Source: Ascoidea asiatica JCM 7603 (lineage: Eukaryota; Fungi; Ascomycota). From it: a stretch of 44,387 nucleotides of DNA. Where the stretch lies: assembly GCA_001600695.1 (NCBI GenBank), contig BCKQ01000003.1, positions 212,052-256,438 on the forward strand. Reading direction: 5' to 3'. Below the pieces are notes generated by a model, which did not search any database, was not told the origin of the DNA, and saw nothing but the letters and a program-made list of their open reading frames with translations. A program made the position numbers and the translations under genes. Below, piece after piece: positions 1 to 13,109 of the stretch; within the stretch, counting starts at the first letter, position 1, and every line of letters begins with the position of its first letter.

Positions 1-94
<94 letters not shown>
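1..94. repeat. (ATT/AAT)n microsatellite encoding poly-Asn in KNS1
   Basis: Perfect trinucleotide run, in frame as AAT on the minus strand. Confidence 0.95.
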
Positions 95-97
<3 letters not shown>

Positions 98-2365
98 ACT
101 ATTAATATCATCACTATTGGGGGAAGCTAATTTATTATACTCATCATCATCAGATTCCGAATCAGAATTAAGCTCATCAATTTGATAATAATCTTTACCT
201 CTATCAGATAAAGCTTTTAACACTTCTTTATTAATAGATTGAATTGAAAATTCAATTGGATTTGAACCAAAACCAGAATCATCTCTTGAAATTAAATCAC
301 CAGATTCATCAATAAAATGTTGGCCATAATTACTATAAGGATATAATTTTTTTCTTTCCTTTCTTTTACTATAAGAAGAAGGTTTTGCACATCTTGAAAT
401 TAATTTTAAATCAATTCTTTTATTTAAAATTTTTTCCATCATTAATAAATGTTCAATATTATCATGAGTTTTGAATAAAGCTTCACCAATAACAAATTCA
501 ACTAATATGCAACCAACAGACCATAAATCACAATCATAAGACCACCCAATTCCAAAAATTATTTCTGGAGCTCTATAATGACGAGTTGAAATTATTGAAG
601 AATGATATTCATCATTAAAAATTGCAGAACCAAAATCAATAATTTGAATTGAAGTATCATCTAAAATATTTTGATTCATCCGATTTAAATTTTCAGGGGT
701 TTTGAAAAAATTTGAACTATCATCATTACTGAGGATTTTCTGTTTATCAAAAAAAACAAGAAAATTATTAAGATATTTACTATAGATTGAATCTCCATTA
801 AAATCTTTTGGAATTGGAGATAAATTAATTAATTTCTTAGAAAAATTACCATTATTTAAAAGGATATTTTCAGGTTTTAAATCAGTATGAATAATATTTA
901 AATCATGTAAGAAACAAATTGATTTTAAAATTTGTTTTGAAAAAGATTGTATATGGGAACCAGGGAATGATTTAAATTTGTTTTTTGAGAAAAAATCAAA
1001 TAAAGATAAAGATAATAAATCAGTTAATAAACAAATATGATTTTTATAATCAAAAACTTCATTTAATTGAATACAATTATTTGAATTTAATTTATCAAAA
1101 AGTTTTAAAGTTTTTAAAATTCTAACTTCAATTTTTGAAGCATCTCTATATTTGTGAATTGATTTGATGATTTTGATTGCAACAATCTTATTAAATTTTG
1201 AATCAATTGCAGCAACAACTTTACCATAAGTACCTTTACCTAATAATTTTAATAATTTAAATCTATTATTTCCAAAAGGTTCATTTATATCAATTTTAAA
1301 ATGTCCATCAGATTCATCAAAATTAGAGTCCGAATTTGAGACTGAATTACTGTTATTATTATTATTATCATTATCATTAGATAATTTTGGAATTGATTGA
1401 TCATCTAATTTTTTTAATAATTTAAAAATTGGATTATAATTAATATTATTAATAATTTTTAATTGTTTTAATTTTGGATTTTGGAATTTATTATAATTAT
1501 TATAGATATAAAATTGATTTGAATTATTATTAATTTCAAAATTAATTGGATTATAATAATCAGTTTGATTACCTAGTTTATTATTATCAATTTGACGTTC
1601 TTCAATGATAATAATTGAGTCATCAGAATTATAATTTTCCGCTGTATTTAAAGAATTCATACTATTACTATTATTACTATTATTACTATTATTACTATTA
1701 TTACTATTATTACTAGTATTACTATTATTACTATTATTACTAGTATTATTACTATTATTAGTAGTAATATTAATATTATTATTTAAAATTGTTGAATTCA
1801 TAGTATTGTAATTCGAATAATGAATATTATAATTATCATCATCAGAATCTAGAGAAATGATTTGATTATTTAAAATAGTATTTGTATAATTATTTGATAA
1901 ACTATTTGAAAGATTATTTGATAAATTTGAGGAATTTCTTAAAAAAGAAGACCAATTTGATTGTTTTTGACGATTGTTTGAGCCTAATAATTGATTTGAA
2001 TTAATATTTATATCATTTGTTGTATTATTAACGATATTAATGTTATTTGAATTGATTAAATGTTTAGCGCCGATAGAATTAATATCTATATTATTATTGT
2101 TAATATTATTGTTAATATTATTGTTAATATTATTGTTAATATTATTATTACTAATGTTATTATTAATGTTATTTGAAGAAGAGATTGGAGTTAAAGAAGA
2201 GATTAAAGTATTCAAATTATTTAAGTTATTTATGTTTGAATTATTTGATAAATTTGATAAATTTGAATTTGAATTTGAATTTTGAGAAGAATTTAAAGGT
2301 AAATTCAAGGTAATATTTGAATTTTTATTTGATTGTAAAGGCAACTGAGATAAATTTGGTAACAT
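1..2365 (-). CDS. KNS1: LAMMER/CLK-family protein kinase, 3' end beyond the window edge
   Basis: Absent from the ORF track because there is no stop in the window. Manual translation from the ATG at 2365 gives MLPNLSQLPL..., LGKGTYGKV, HTDLKPENIL (in frame at 889), IDFGSAIF, STRHYRAPEII, DLWSVGCILVE and the LAMMER-like EHLLMMEKIL (454-425). Confidence 0.9.
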
Positions 2366-3336
2366 TTTGTCTAGTATTATATTTTATATATATTGATATT
2401 TTTAGTTATTTAGTTATTTAGTTATTTAGTTATTTAATTATTTAATTATTTAATTATTTAATTATTGATAAAGAGTATTTAAAGACATTTATCTTGGAGA
2501 TTAAATTGATATTACTTTTGACAGATTTTGTAATACGATATGATCTAAAGAGATAAAGAAGGATACAAAATCCAAAAGATATATATTTATATATATTTAT
2601 ATATTTTATATATATATAATATATATATAAATATATATCTATATTATTATATATATAAATACTGAATGGAAATAATTAATAATTGATGATTAAAAGAAGT
2701 AATATAGTTCAATAATTCAATAATTCAATAATTCATTTACAGTGCAAAAGAGATAGCTTTGAAATATTTACGCGAGATGCGTTAAGCACTGAGTTTGTAT
2801 TTGTAGTAATAAATCTGTTATTTATCAGTATCTATCTAATATCTACTGGTATCTAATGGTATTTAGTAGTATTTAAGCATACTCAACCAGTATATTCGAT
2901 ATATCACTTAATATATTCAATGGACTAGAATATGTCTAAATAGTATTATATTATTATATCCAGTAGTTTTGCATCTATCGCCACCAATACCAATACCAAT
3001 ACCAATACCACTGCCATTATCATTATCATTATCACCATCTTCTTAAATCACTTCATTATCGCCACAATCAACAAATCAATGCTGCTTTGTATGGGATTGA
3101 AACAGACAGCGCTCTGGAGCAATTCTCCCAGCTGCCGCAAAGACAAAGACAAAGACAAAGACAGCTGCCACTGCCACTGCCACTGAACTTCTTCCTTCTT
3201 AACAGTCGAGCTTCGAGCCTCGACCACCGCCCGCAGTGGGATTCAAATCTCAAATCTCCAATCTCAAATTTCTCTTGCCCCTGAACGAAATCCAAATCAA
3301 AAGATCACAAAAAACACTCTTACAAAATCAAACGCC

Positions 3337-3345
3337 GGTGGCAAA
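3337..3345 (+). promoter_or_regulatory. PACE (Rpn4-type) element GGTGGCAAA
   Basis: Exact match to the yeast PACE nonamer in the GC-rich divergent promoter between KNS1 and the C2H2 gene. Confidence 0.45.
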
Positions 3346-3843
3346 TTACCGCACTGCATCCACAACAAACAAATAAAAAAATAAATAAACAAATAATCCC
3401 TGCAGACACGTGGATGTGGCAGATTTTCAAGCATGTGACTTCATTGAGCACATGACTTTGTGTTTCACGTGCCACTCTGAGCCTCTTTTGCCACGCCCTT
3501 GTTGCAACCACGCCACGCCTACGCCTTGAAGATTCTGAATCTGCTGTTTTTGCTGTTATTTCTTTTGGGGCTTGTTCTGAAGGTTCTTTTGGTGCTTCTT
3601 CTTCTTCATTGTCCTTATAATTGTTTTTATCTTTTTTCTGCTGCTGCTGCTCAATCTTAATCTAAACAATCTCCTGCTTTTAGTATATCAATCAGTTTAT
3701 CCACCAGAACTACATTTCTTCATTTTTCTGATTTCATTCCATTTTAAAGGCTCCTTTGCATATAAATAAACAATTTCATTTTCTCATTTGTTTATTTTCT
3801 TAAATATTTACACCCCAAGATAATCATCATACTATAAACAGAA

Positions 3844-5481
3844 ATGTCTGGAAATAATCTACAAATGCAAGATACTGATCTTTCTGCCATTGATCAAGTT
3901 CTCAGAGATGTTTCCTCCAAGCCTTCCGATCATCTCCAACCTCATCTTCATCCTCATCTCCATCCTCAAAATCAGCCTCAAGATTCTCAATCTCAAGCCT
4001 CAGATCCCATAACTGTAAGCTTATCTGATTCTGCAATCTCAAACAATAACAACAACAGCAATAATAACAATAATAATAATAATAACAACAATACTTCAAC
4101 TAATCCAATTTCAGCTTCAAATTCAAATGCAGGTTCCAATGCTAATTCAAATTCAACTCCTTCAAATAATGATCAATTTCATATCGAGAAACAAATCCAA
4201 GATCAAATTAAGAATATAAGTCAACAACAACAACAACAACAACAAAATATTCAATCTTCTAATATCAAAAATGATTCATCAAATTCAAATAATATCAAGT
4301 TAACTAACGCCACCAATAATCAAATTGATAATAATAACAATATTGACAATATTGATAACAATGATAGCGCTGATACAAACAATAATGATCAAGACCAAGA
4401 TCATAATATGAATCAAGATCATGATGATGAAAATGAAAATAATAACGAAAATGAAAACGACAACGATAACGAAAATGACAATGATAATGATAATGATACT
4501 GAAAATGATACCGAAAATAGTGGTGATAAAAAATTTAAATGTCCAAATTGTAATCATTCTTTCACTAGAAAACATAATTTAAAATCTCATCTTTTAATTC
4601 ATTCAAAAATAAAACCATTTATTTGTAAAATTTGTAATTCATCTTTTAGAAGATCTCATGATTTAAAAAGACATCAAAAATTACATACTGGTGAAAAACC
4701 ATTTAAATGTTTAAAATGTGGTAAAAATTTTGCAAGATGTGATGCTTTAATTAGACATAATAATTCTCAATCTGGTTGTTCAAATAAAATTTTAATTTCA
4801 AATTTATCAAATATTTCTGATAATTTAATTGAATCAAATTTTAATAATTTAAATAATTTAAATAATTTAAACAATTTCAATAACCTTAACAACTTAACTA
4901 ATTTATCAAATTTAAATAATATTAATGATACTAATTTCAAAATTTCAAAAAAAAAAAATTATGAAACTGGTTCTTTTAAATTAAATCCAATACCTTTATC
5001 AATTTCAAATAATAATAATAATAATAATAACAATCAATTATCAAATGTTAATATTTTACCAAAAGTTAGTACTTTTAGTAACAATAATAATAACAATATC
5101 AAATCAATAAATGAAAATGATAATACAAATTTATTAGCCGCTGTTGCAATTAATCATCAACAACTTCTTCAACAATCCAATAATACTAATACTGGTACTG
5201 GTAATAATAATAACAATATCAATAATGGAATTGATAAGCTTTCAAATTATCATATGACTGATGATAATTCTTTACCAAAATTAACTATAGATGTTGAAAC
5301 TTTAACTCAAAATGAATTAATTTTATATTCTCATATTAGATTATTAGAAAATAAAGTTTATACTTTATCTAAAAAATTAAATAATAATGAAATTCAATTA
5401 AATCAATTACTCAATCAAAAATTATTAAATGAAAATAATAATAATAATAATAATATCAGTAATAATAATAATAATAACTGA
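3844..5481 (+). CDS. C2H2 zinc-finger transcription factor (3 fingers), N/Q-rich
   Basis: CPNC..FTRKHNLKSHLLIH, CKIC..FRRSHDLKRHQKLH, TGEKP linker, CLKC..FARCDALIRH..C. Confidence 0.9.
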   Translation: MSGNNLQMQDTDLSAIDQVLRDVSSKPSDHLQPHLHPHLHPQNQPQDSQSQASDPITVSLSDSAISNNNNNSNNNNNNNNNNNTSTNPISASNSNAGSNANSNSTPSNNDQFHIEKQIQDQIKNISQQQQQQQQNIQSSNIKNDSSNSNNIKLTNATNNQIDNNNNIDNIDNNDSADTNNNDQDQDHNMNQDHDDENENNNENENDNDNENDNDNDNDTENDTENSGDKKFKCPNCNHSFTRKHNLKSHLLIHSKIKPFICKICNSSFRRSHDLKRHQKLHTGEKPFKCLKCGKNFARCDALIRHNNSQSGCSNKILISNLSNISDNLIESNFNNLNNLNNLNNFNNLNNLTNLSNLNNINDTNFKISKKKNYETGSFKLNPIPLSISNNNNNNNNNQLSNVNILPKVSTFSNNNNNNIKSINENDNTNLLAAVAINHQQLLQQSNNTNTGTGNNNNNINNGIDKLSNYHMTDDNSLPKLTIDVETLTQNELILYSHIRLLENKVYTLSKKLNNNEIQLNQLLNQKLLNENNNNNNNISNNNNNN

Positions 5482-5765
5482 TTATTTATTTAATAATCAT
5501 CTTATAAATATTTGTTTTTGTTATTCTCTATTTCTGTTTTTATCAATATTTCATTTTTATTTTTATTTCTATTTCTATTTCTATTTCTGTTTTTGTTTTT
5601 GTTTTTGTTTTTGTTTTTGTTTTTTTTTTTGTCTGTTTTTGTTTCTGTTTTTATTTTTATTTTATAATTATTTATTGTATTTTATAATGTATGTATATTT
5701 TCTTAAAATATTTGTATATTAATATTAATAATAATAATATATAAAAAAAGAGCTAATAAAGTAAG

Positions 5766-7004
5766 TTAAAAAGATAATTGAAAAGTATTTTCATTTGAGG
5801 AATCATGAATAATATTTGAAATTTTTAATGCATCTGCATTATAATTTTTTAAATAATTTACACCTCCAGCACATTCAGCAACAGTTAATTGATCAGAACC
5901 AATAATATTTTCAGCAATTTCAACAGCAACATTGACAGTTGAAATATGACCATCATGTTCTAAGATTAAACCTCTTGGAGGAGTTTCTTTTGAAACCCAT
6001 TCTTTAACAGAAGTATAAATTTGATCTTCAGTTCTTTGATTTGACATTAATTGCCAATCAAAAGTATCAAAATCCCAAAGTACAGATTGTAAACCAAATT
6101 GTCTTAAAATACTTCTAACTCTATTATCAATACCACCATATGGAGGTCTAAACCATTTTGGTATATGATTTGAAGTTGCATTCATTGCCCAAATTGACCA
6201 TTGAACTTGAGCAATAATTTCTTCATTTGATAAAGAAGGTAAAAAGGGATGTGACCAACTATGAGAACCAATTAAATGACCATTTTCATTAATTGATCTA
6301 TAAATTTCAGGAAATCTAATAATATTAATACCTAAAGTGAAAAAAGTTGTTTTATGATTTAAATGATTTAATAATTTTGGAGTTGCAGGAGATGGACCAT
6401 CATCAAAAGTTTGAGATAATTTTGGACAAGTAAAAACATCATCTTGAGCAACACATTTATAACAATCAAAAGAACATGAATTTCTATCAGGTGGACAAAT
6501 TCCCATACCATGAGGTTGAATATCATTTGGAATTTTACTAAAATCAATAAAATCCAATGGAATATATGGTGGATTCATACTTGGCCAAGCATTTAAACCA
6601 GTTAAATCAGCTAACCAATTTGGAAATTCTAATTGAGCTTGAATATGAGGATCAAAACCAACAGGAGCAGGAATTTCAGTTTTAAAATGATTTGGAATTT
6701 CATTAATTTTATTTAAAGTTGAAGAAGATAATTTTTTTCTTGTTCTTGAATGTTTTAAATCTAAAGATTTTTTTGAAGTTTCTGCATTTGAAACTACCTG
6801 ATTTGAATTTGAAGATTGAATAATATTTGAATCAAAATAAGCAGGAAATGGAGATGGTAATGAATTAACAAAAATATTTGATGTTATTGAATTTAAAATG
6901 ATTAATACAAATATTAAATTAAACGCCGAATGAATAAATATATTTTGATATCTATTATTGCTATTGTTATGGATACGGATTTGGTTATTGTTATTTAGAT
7001 ACAT
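5766..7004 (-). CDS. CDA2: Chitin deacetylase (CE4/NodB), spore-wall Cda1/Cda2 type
   Basis: TFDDGP, HSWSHP, FRPPYG, WDFDTFDW and LEHD motifs; Cys-rich CSFDCYKC segment; N-terminal hydrophobic stretch. CDA1 and CDA2 cannot be distinguished. Confidence 0.92.
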   Translation of the reverse strand: MYLNNNNQIRIHNNSNNRYQNIFIHSAFNLIFVLIILNSITSNIFVNSLPSPFPAYFDSNIIQSSNSNQVVSNAETSKKSLDLKHSRTRKKLSSSTLNKINEIPNHFKTEIPAPVGFDPHIQAQLEFPNWLADLTGLNAWPSMNPPYIPLDFIDFSKIPNDIQPHGMGICPPDRNSCSFDCYKCVAQDDVFTCPKLSQTFDDGPSPATPKLLNHLNHKTTFFTLGINIIRFPEIYRSINENGHLIGSHSWSHPFLPSLSNEEIIAQVQWSIWAMNATSNHIPKWFRPPYGGIDNRVRSILRQFGLQSVLWDFDTFDWQLMSNQRTEDQIYTSVKEWVSKETPPRGLILEHDGHISTVNVAVEIAENIIGSDQLTVAECAGGVNYLKNYNADALKISNIIHDSSNENTFQLSF

Positions 7005-7303
7005 TTTTTTTTTTTTTCATAATTTATTTTAAATAAATCAATATAATAAGTTATGATTGTTGTTGAAATAATTAATATATGAACAGTAAAAAATAAATAA
7101 GTAAGTATATTTTATAAATAAATGAATCTATGGTTATAAAGAGTATAAAGAGTATAAATAATAGTATTGATAGTAATAAAGATAATAAATAGTAAAAGGT
7201 ATGAATGATAAATGAATTGTTTGAAATTGCCATCATTTTCTTGGTTATTTTCTTGGAAATGCAGAGAACACGAGAATTCTGAGGTTTTTGGAGACGAGCA
7301 GAA

Positions 7304-7311
7304 CACAAAAA
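7304..7311 (+). promoter_or_regulatory. Possible Ndt80 middle-sporulation element (CACAAAAA)
   Basis: CRCAAAW match about 300 bp upstream of the chitin deacetylase. The motif is short and could be chance. Confidence 0.3.
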
Positions 7312-7639
7312 GAAATCAGAGGAAAGAAGCAGAAGAACCAAAAACAGCTGTGACAACATTCAGCAGCAATGCAGTAAGAAAATACCAGAAAATACCAGGA
7401 GAATTGAATAATAAATGAATATGATTGAATATGATTGAAAATGATTGATTATAATTGAAGATGATTTGATATGAGTATGAGTAAATAAATGTTTTTATGT
7501 TTAAGTTTTATATGTTTATAGTGTTTTATAATGATTAGAAGTAATAAAAGTAACGGCGGTTAATAAAAAAATGATAAAAAATGATAAAAAGTGATAAAAA
7601 GAAATATATAATTACTTAAATTACAATTAATATACTTAT

Positions 7640-8653
7640 TTAAATTGTATTTGAGATTGTATTTGAATTTGAATTGACTGAATTTAGTTTAATTTTAGAT
7701 AAATTTAATTCATTTGATAATTGATTTATTTTATTTTTAAGATATTGATTTTCAATTTCAATTAAATTATTATCATCATTTTCTTTTATTGAAGAATCTA
7801 ATCTTTTAGGTAATGAGAATGAATCAATTGAACTAATTTTTCTTTTTTGAGAGGAGTTAAGAGAATCTAAAGTATCTGAAGTATTTATAGTATTCAAAGT
7901 ATTTGAAGTATTTAAAGTATTTAAAGTATTTAAAGTATTAATTGAAGAATCATTATTTGATTTAGATGAATTAATATTATAATCAAATTTAAAATCATTG
8001 AATAAATCATTATCATTTGTATTATCATTTGAATTATCATTTGAATTATCATTTGAATTATCATTTGAATTTATAATGTTATTATTATCATTTTTTTTTA
8101 AAGAATTTTTATTTAAAGATTGAATAGTATTTTTAAGATAAAGATTTTGATTTTTTAAGAATTTAATTTGTTTAATTAATTTTAAAACAATTGCATCTTG
8201 TTCTTGTTCCATAATATTAATAATTTCTTCATTTGATAATTTTTTATTTAAAGAATTGACTGAATGAGAACGAGAATCTATTGAATTATTAATTGAATTA
8301 TTGATTGAATTTATTGAATTGAGAGAATTATTATTTGAATTTGTTAATGAATTGGTTAATGAATTTGATAATGAATTACTATTTGAATGATTGATTGGAG
8401 TATTACTATTATTATTTGAGATTGAATTTGAAAATGAAAATCTTCTATTTCTATCAACAGTGTATGAATAATTTGAGGAACTACTTGGAAATCTTAATAG
8501 ATTATCATTATTAAAAGAGTTTTTAATATTATTACTATTATTATTTAGATTATTATTGATAGTTTTATTGGTGTTATTATTAGTATTATTATTAGTATTA
8601 GTAGTAGTATTACTGGAAGTATTATCAGAATTTTTAAATTTAATATCCATCAT
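7640..8653 (-). CDS. RTS3: Rts3-like PP2A-family phosphatase-associated protein
   Basis: KKLSNEEIINIMEQEQDAIVLKLIKQIKFLKNQN matches the conserved Rts3 helix (EEIINEMEKEQDAIVVRLLREI, recalled); the rest is low-complexity. Confidence 0.75.
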   Translation of the reverse strand: MMDIKFKNSDNTSSNTTTNTNNNTNNNTNKTINNNLNNNSNNIKNSFNNDNLLRFPSSSSNYSYTVDRNRRFSFSNSISNNNSNTPINHSNSNSLSNSLTNSLTNSNNNSLNSINSINNSINNSIDSRSHSVNSLNKKLSNEEIINIMEQEQDAIVLKLIKQIKFLKNQNLYLKNTIQSLNKNSLKKNDNNNIINSNDNSNDNSNDNSNDNTNDNDLFNDFKFDYNINSSKSNNDSSINTLNTLNTLNTSNTLNTINTSDTLDSLNSSQKRKISSIDSFSLPKRLDSSIKENDDNNLIEIENQYLKNKINQLSNELNLSKIKLNSVNSNSNTISNTI

Positions 8654-9809
8654 TTTGAAGTATTAAGCAAGATAATTGAATTGAGCAAAATATGAAAGAG
8701 GAAATTTAAAATAGAATTGAATATAAAATAGAGAATATGATTATAATTTATATAAATTGATTAAATTATATATTTATTTAGCAATATAATATTATTAGTA
8801 TTAGAAATGGTATATTTATTATTTTATTATGAAAATTATGTCAAATGAATAATTGAATATTAAATGTTGAATGTTGAATAGTGATAATGATACGACAATA
8901 GAAATATACTTTTATCTTCTTTTAGTTTCTAGTTCAATTGAATTTAGTTTAGTTTAGTTTAGTTTTAGTTTTAGTTTAGTTTAGTCTTGTCAGGTCTTGT
9001 CAGGTCTAGCCTTGTCTAATCTTGATCTTGGTTCTCGTATTGGTCTTTTATTCTTTTATTACTTGTTCTTTTATTCTTTTATTTTGAAATTGATCTATAT
9101 TATATTCATTTGATATTTATTGTATATTTATTTGATATTGGATTCTTTCCACAGTGATACTCAGAGCTTACTCTTTTATCTTCCTTTCTTCTTTTTCTTC
9201 TTTATCTTCTTTATCTTTCTCTTTTATCTTGTGTCTGGGCGCTGAGAAGTGCAGACTGTGCAATTATTTCTTATCGATCCAGCCAGGCGTGCACGTGCTC
9301 ACTCGAGATTGCTCTTTTTCTTCTTTTTCTTCTTTTTCTTCTTCTCTTTTCTTTTCTTTTCTTTTTCTTTTCTTGGAGACAGTTTCAACTACGAGCAATC
9401 AAAGTACTGACCCACAGGTATGGTTTTGAATAGGTTAAAAAGATTAATAAATTAAAATACTGAGATCACCAATGATGCAATTCGAACATACAATTCATTC
9501 ACCGAACAATAACCAGTTCCTAAAATGTACCTAAATTGATTCTAAATTCAATTCAAAATAGAATTTTACATTTTTACAATTGATAATAGCTTTACATAGC
9601 AACCTTATTTGATTCTATTATATTTTAAAACCATTACTATTATAATACTAATACTACCAATAACACTCTTGAAATATTATATATAAAGATCAATTCGCAT
9701 TCTGTAATTCAAATTATTTAATATTTATTCTTTATTCATTGAAATAGTTACTTAATCAATTACTTAAATACTTAAATACTTAAATACTTAAATACTTTAT
9801 TAACTGAAA

Positions 9810-11093
9810 ATGTCAAACTATGTGTATACTTTTGATCAAATATTAGATTATCTTAATGAGTTGAATTCATTAGTCTATAATACTATTACTAATGATAATA
9901 CTAATGATAATAATATTGATGATATTAATAAATTACCTGATATTTATATAATTTTCAAAACAAAAAATTCATTAACCTCATTAAATAATGATTTAGGTAC
10001 TAATAAAATTATAAATTGTCATGAGAATTGTAAATGTAAGAAAAAGAAAAAAAATAATTTATCAACTAACAATGAAAATAATAATAATAATAATAATAAT
10101 TTATATAAATTTAACTCAAATGATTTAAATTTAATCAATCATTATAATTTGAATTCAAAAAATTTATTATATAAATCAAAATCTATTATACATATCTTAC
10201 CAAATTCAAATAATATCAATACAATTAATAATATTAATAGTAAAGTTACTAATAAAATTTCAATTATTTTTTATCCTTTAAGAATTAATTTAAATCAATC
10301 TCATTTAATTAATAATAATAAAAATAATAATAATATTACAAAAATTAAAAAAAATGATTTAAAATCTCTGAAAAAATTATTAAATTCAATTAAATTTAAT
10401 TTCAATTCAAATTTTAATATCAATAATAATATTAATAATGAATTAATCAAAAATATTCCAATTTCAGATTTTGAAACTTTTAATAACTTAAGTTTTATTG
10501 ACCTTATTGACAATATTAATGATAATATTAATGATAATAATAATGAAAAAGATAATGATAATGATATAAAGATTATAAAATTATTCAATAATAATATCAA
10601 AAATAATATCAAAAACAGTATTTATAATAATATTAATAACCATATAAATAATAGTAATTATGATTATATTAATAATGAAATTCATGATAAATTCGATAAT
10701 TCAAGTAGTGTTTATACTTCAAATTCTAATTATTCTTCATCTAATTCTTCATCTGATTCTGATTCAATTAAATCAATAAATATGAAAAAAAATAATAGTA
10801 TTGATCATTATAAAATTTATGATCATTTTAATGAAAATTATTATAAAACTGATCAACATAATGATAAATATGAATCTAAAAATGAACCTAAAATTGAACA
10901 TGATAATGAATATGATAATGAAATTGACGATAATGAATCTGATGAAGATGATGATCCAATAAGTTCTATATTTGATGATTATTCTAAATTTGATTCAAGT
11001 GATATTGATACTAATAATCTTAGTGAAATTATGAATTATCCTTCCAAAAATCATTCTCACAATACTTCTTTCAACACTTCTCTCAATTCATAA
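9810..11093 (+). CDS. Hypothetical Asn-rich protein
   Basis: 427-codon ATG-started ORF with host-like codon usage and an acidic/Ser-rich C-terminus; no domain recognised. Confidence 0.65.
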   Translation: MSNYVYTFDQILDYLNELNSLVYNTITNDNTNDNNIDDINKLPDIYIIFKTKNSLTSLNNDLGTNKIINCHENCKCKKKKKNNLSTNNENNNNNNNNLYKFNSNDLNLINHYNLNSKNLLYKSKSIIHILPNSNNINTINNINSKVTNKISIIFYPLRINLNQSHLINNNKNNNNITKIKKNDLKSLKKLLNSIKFNFNSNFNINNNINNELIKNIPISDFETFNNLSFIDLIDNINDNINDNNNEKDNDNDIKIIKLFNNNIKNNIKNSIYNNINNHINNSNYDYINNEIHDKFDNSSSVYTSNSNYSSSNSSSDSDSIKSINMKKNNSIDHYKIYDHFNENYYKTDQHNDKYESKNEPKIEHDNEYDNEIDDNESDEDDDPISSIFDDYSKFDSSDIDTNNLSEIMNYPSKNHSHNTSFNTSLNS

Positions 11094-11620
11094 AAAAAGC
11101 ATAAATTTCCTATTACTCAGATACTGTACATTTCACCTTTATCATATTCTTTATCATATTCTTTATTATCTTCTTTATCATCTTTTCTATCTTCTTCTTT
11201 GTTGTTGTTGTTGTTGTTGTTGTTTTTTTGTTGGGCATGCGGATCTAAGCCGTCCGTGTCATACTCTTATCACCCGGATCCCGGTTTCCGTTTCCATTTC
11301 CGCTTCTTTCTCATTTTCTTATCGTCTTTGTTTATAAATGTCTTTTATCTCTTGTTCTCTTTTTCTCTCTTTCTCTTTCTTTCTTCTTTTCTTTCTTTTA
11401 TACCAAATATATAATAATTAATAATTAATAATCAATAATCAATAATCAATAATCAATAAATAATCAATAATCATCTCTGAAATACATTCTTTTCAATCAA
11501 TCCCCCATTGATTCATCAATCCATAGTCCATAACCAAAAGACTCCATCCATTTGTTCTTTTATTCATTTCCTAATTCATTCATTTCCCAATTTTATAATA
11601 ACAGATATGAAAAGATAAAT

Positions 11621-13051
11621 ATGAATAAAATAATAGAAAAAGATATCAAGAAAGATATTAAAAAAGAAGAAATTGAAAATGAAAAAGAAATTGATATACA
11701 TTTATTATTACCTGATCCCTCTTTAAAGGCTTCAAGTTCTGCTTCTTTATTTTCAAACTCAGAAAAAAATGATAAAAATTCTTCATCAATAAAATTTAAA
11801 ACTCAAAAAGAAATTGATAAAGAAATTGAAATTGAAAAAGAGAAAGAAAAGGAAAAGGACAAAGAAAATCAGAAAGAAAAAGAAAAGGATAAACATCATA
11901 TCCATTTACCTCTGATTCATAAAGATAAACAGAAAGAAAAAGATAAAGATAAAGATAAAGAAAAAGAAAAAGAAATAAGCAAAGAAGATAAAACGAAAGA
12001 CAAACAGAAGGAAAAAGATGAAGAATTGTTCAAAACAAAAAAAATCAAATGGTTCAATCCAATATTCATCAATTCTCTAAATTCAAAAATTTTAATTCAA
12101 AATAATAATGGCCCATGTGCTTTAATTTCAATTATAAATACTTTAATATTAAATTATCAATTATATTATAATTTAAATTTTAATTATAACTCTGAATTTA
12201 ATGGTGGTTTATTCACTATTCTAATCAATGACAATAGAAATCATTCAATTGAAAGATTAATTAAATTCATTTATTTAAATGAATTAATAAATTTAAAAGA
12301 TTTAAAAAATTATTTAGCAGAAATTTTATTCTCAAATAAAGATAATTTAATCTCTGAAATTAATTCAAAAAATAAATTACAAAGAATAAATACTGATATT
12401 GATATTCTAGAAAAATCTTTTGGTAAAAGAAAAGAATCTATTCAATATAATTTTAATTCAAATGATGATATTAATGATATTAATATTAGTAATAATAATA
12501 ATAACGTCAATGAAAAATTTAATGAAGATGATATAAATTTAGTTTTAAATTTATTACCAACTTTAAATAAAGGTTTAAATATTAATCCAAATTTTTTAAA
12601 TAATTCTTTTGATAAAACAAATTTAATTATAAATTTTAATTTTAATGAATTAAATTTAAATAATTTTTTTAATTCAAATTTAAATTTTAATAATTTACCA
12701 AAATTATTAATTAATAATTCAAACCAAAATAAATTTAATCCAGAATTATCTTTATTTAGAACTTATAATTTAAACTTATTACATGGTTGGACAATTAATT
12801 ATAAATTATTATTACCTTCTAATAATGAAACTATTAACAATAATGAAATTAATAAAAAAATTGAAATTGAAGAATTAATTTTAATTAAATTGATTTTTTA
12901 TCTTAAAAATTTTGAAAATTTACAAAATTTTTTAATTCAAATTCAAATATATTTTCAAAATTTTACTAAAAAAAATAAAAATTTCAATTTAAATGATTAT
13001 ATTGATAACTTAAATAAAATGGATGAGATTAAACTAGATATCTTTAATGAA

Positions 13052-13109
<58 letters not shown>

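Noticed and set aside
9405-9423. TACTGAC..CAG|GTATGG resembling a recursive splice site
   Set aside because: The donor is non-consensus and no convincing upstream donor or exon was found.
11552-11620. TTG-initiated N-terminal extension of the MINDY gene
   Set aside because: This is a eukaryotic gene and an in-frame ATG in A-rich context lies at 11621.
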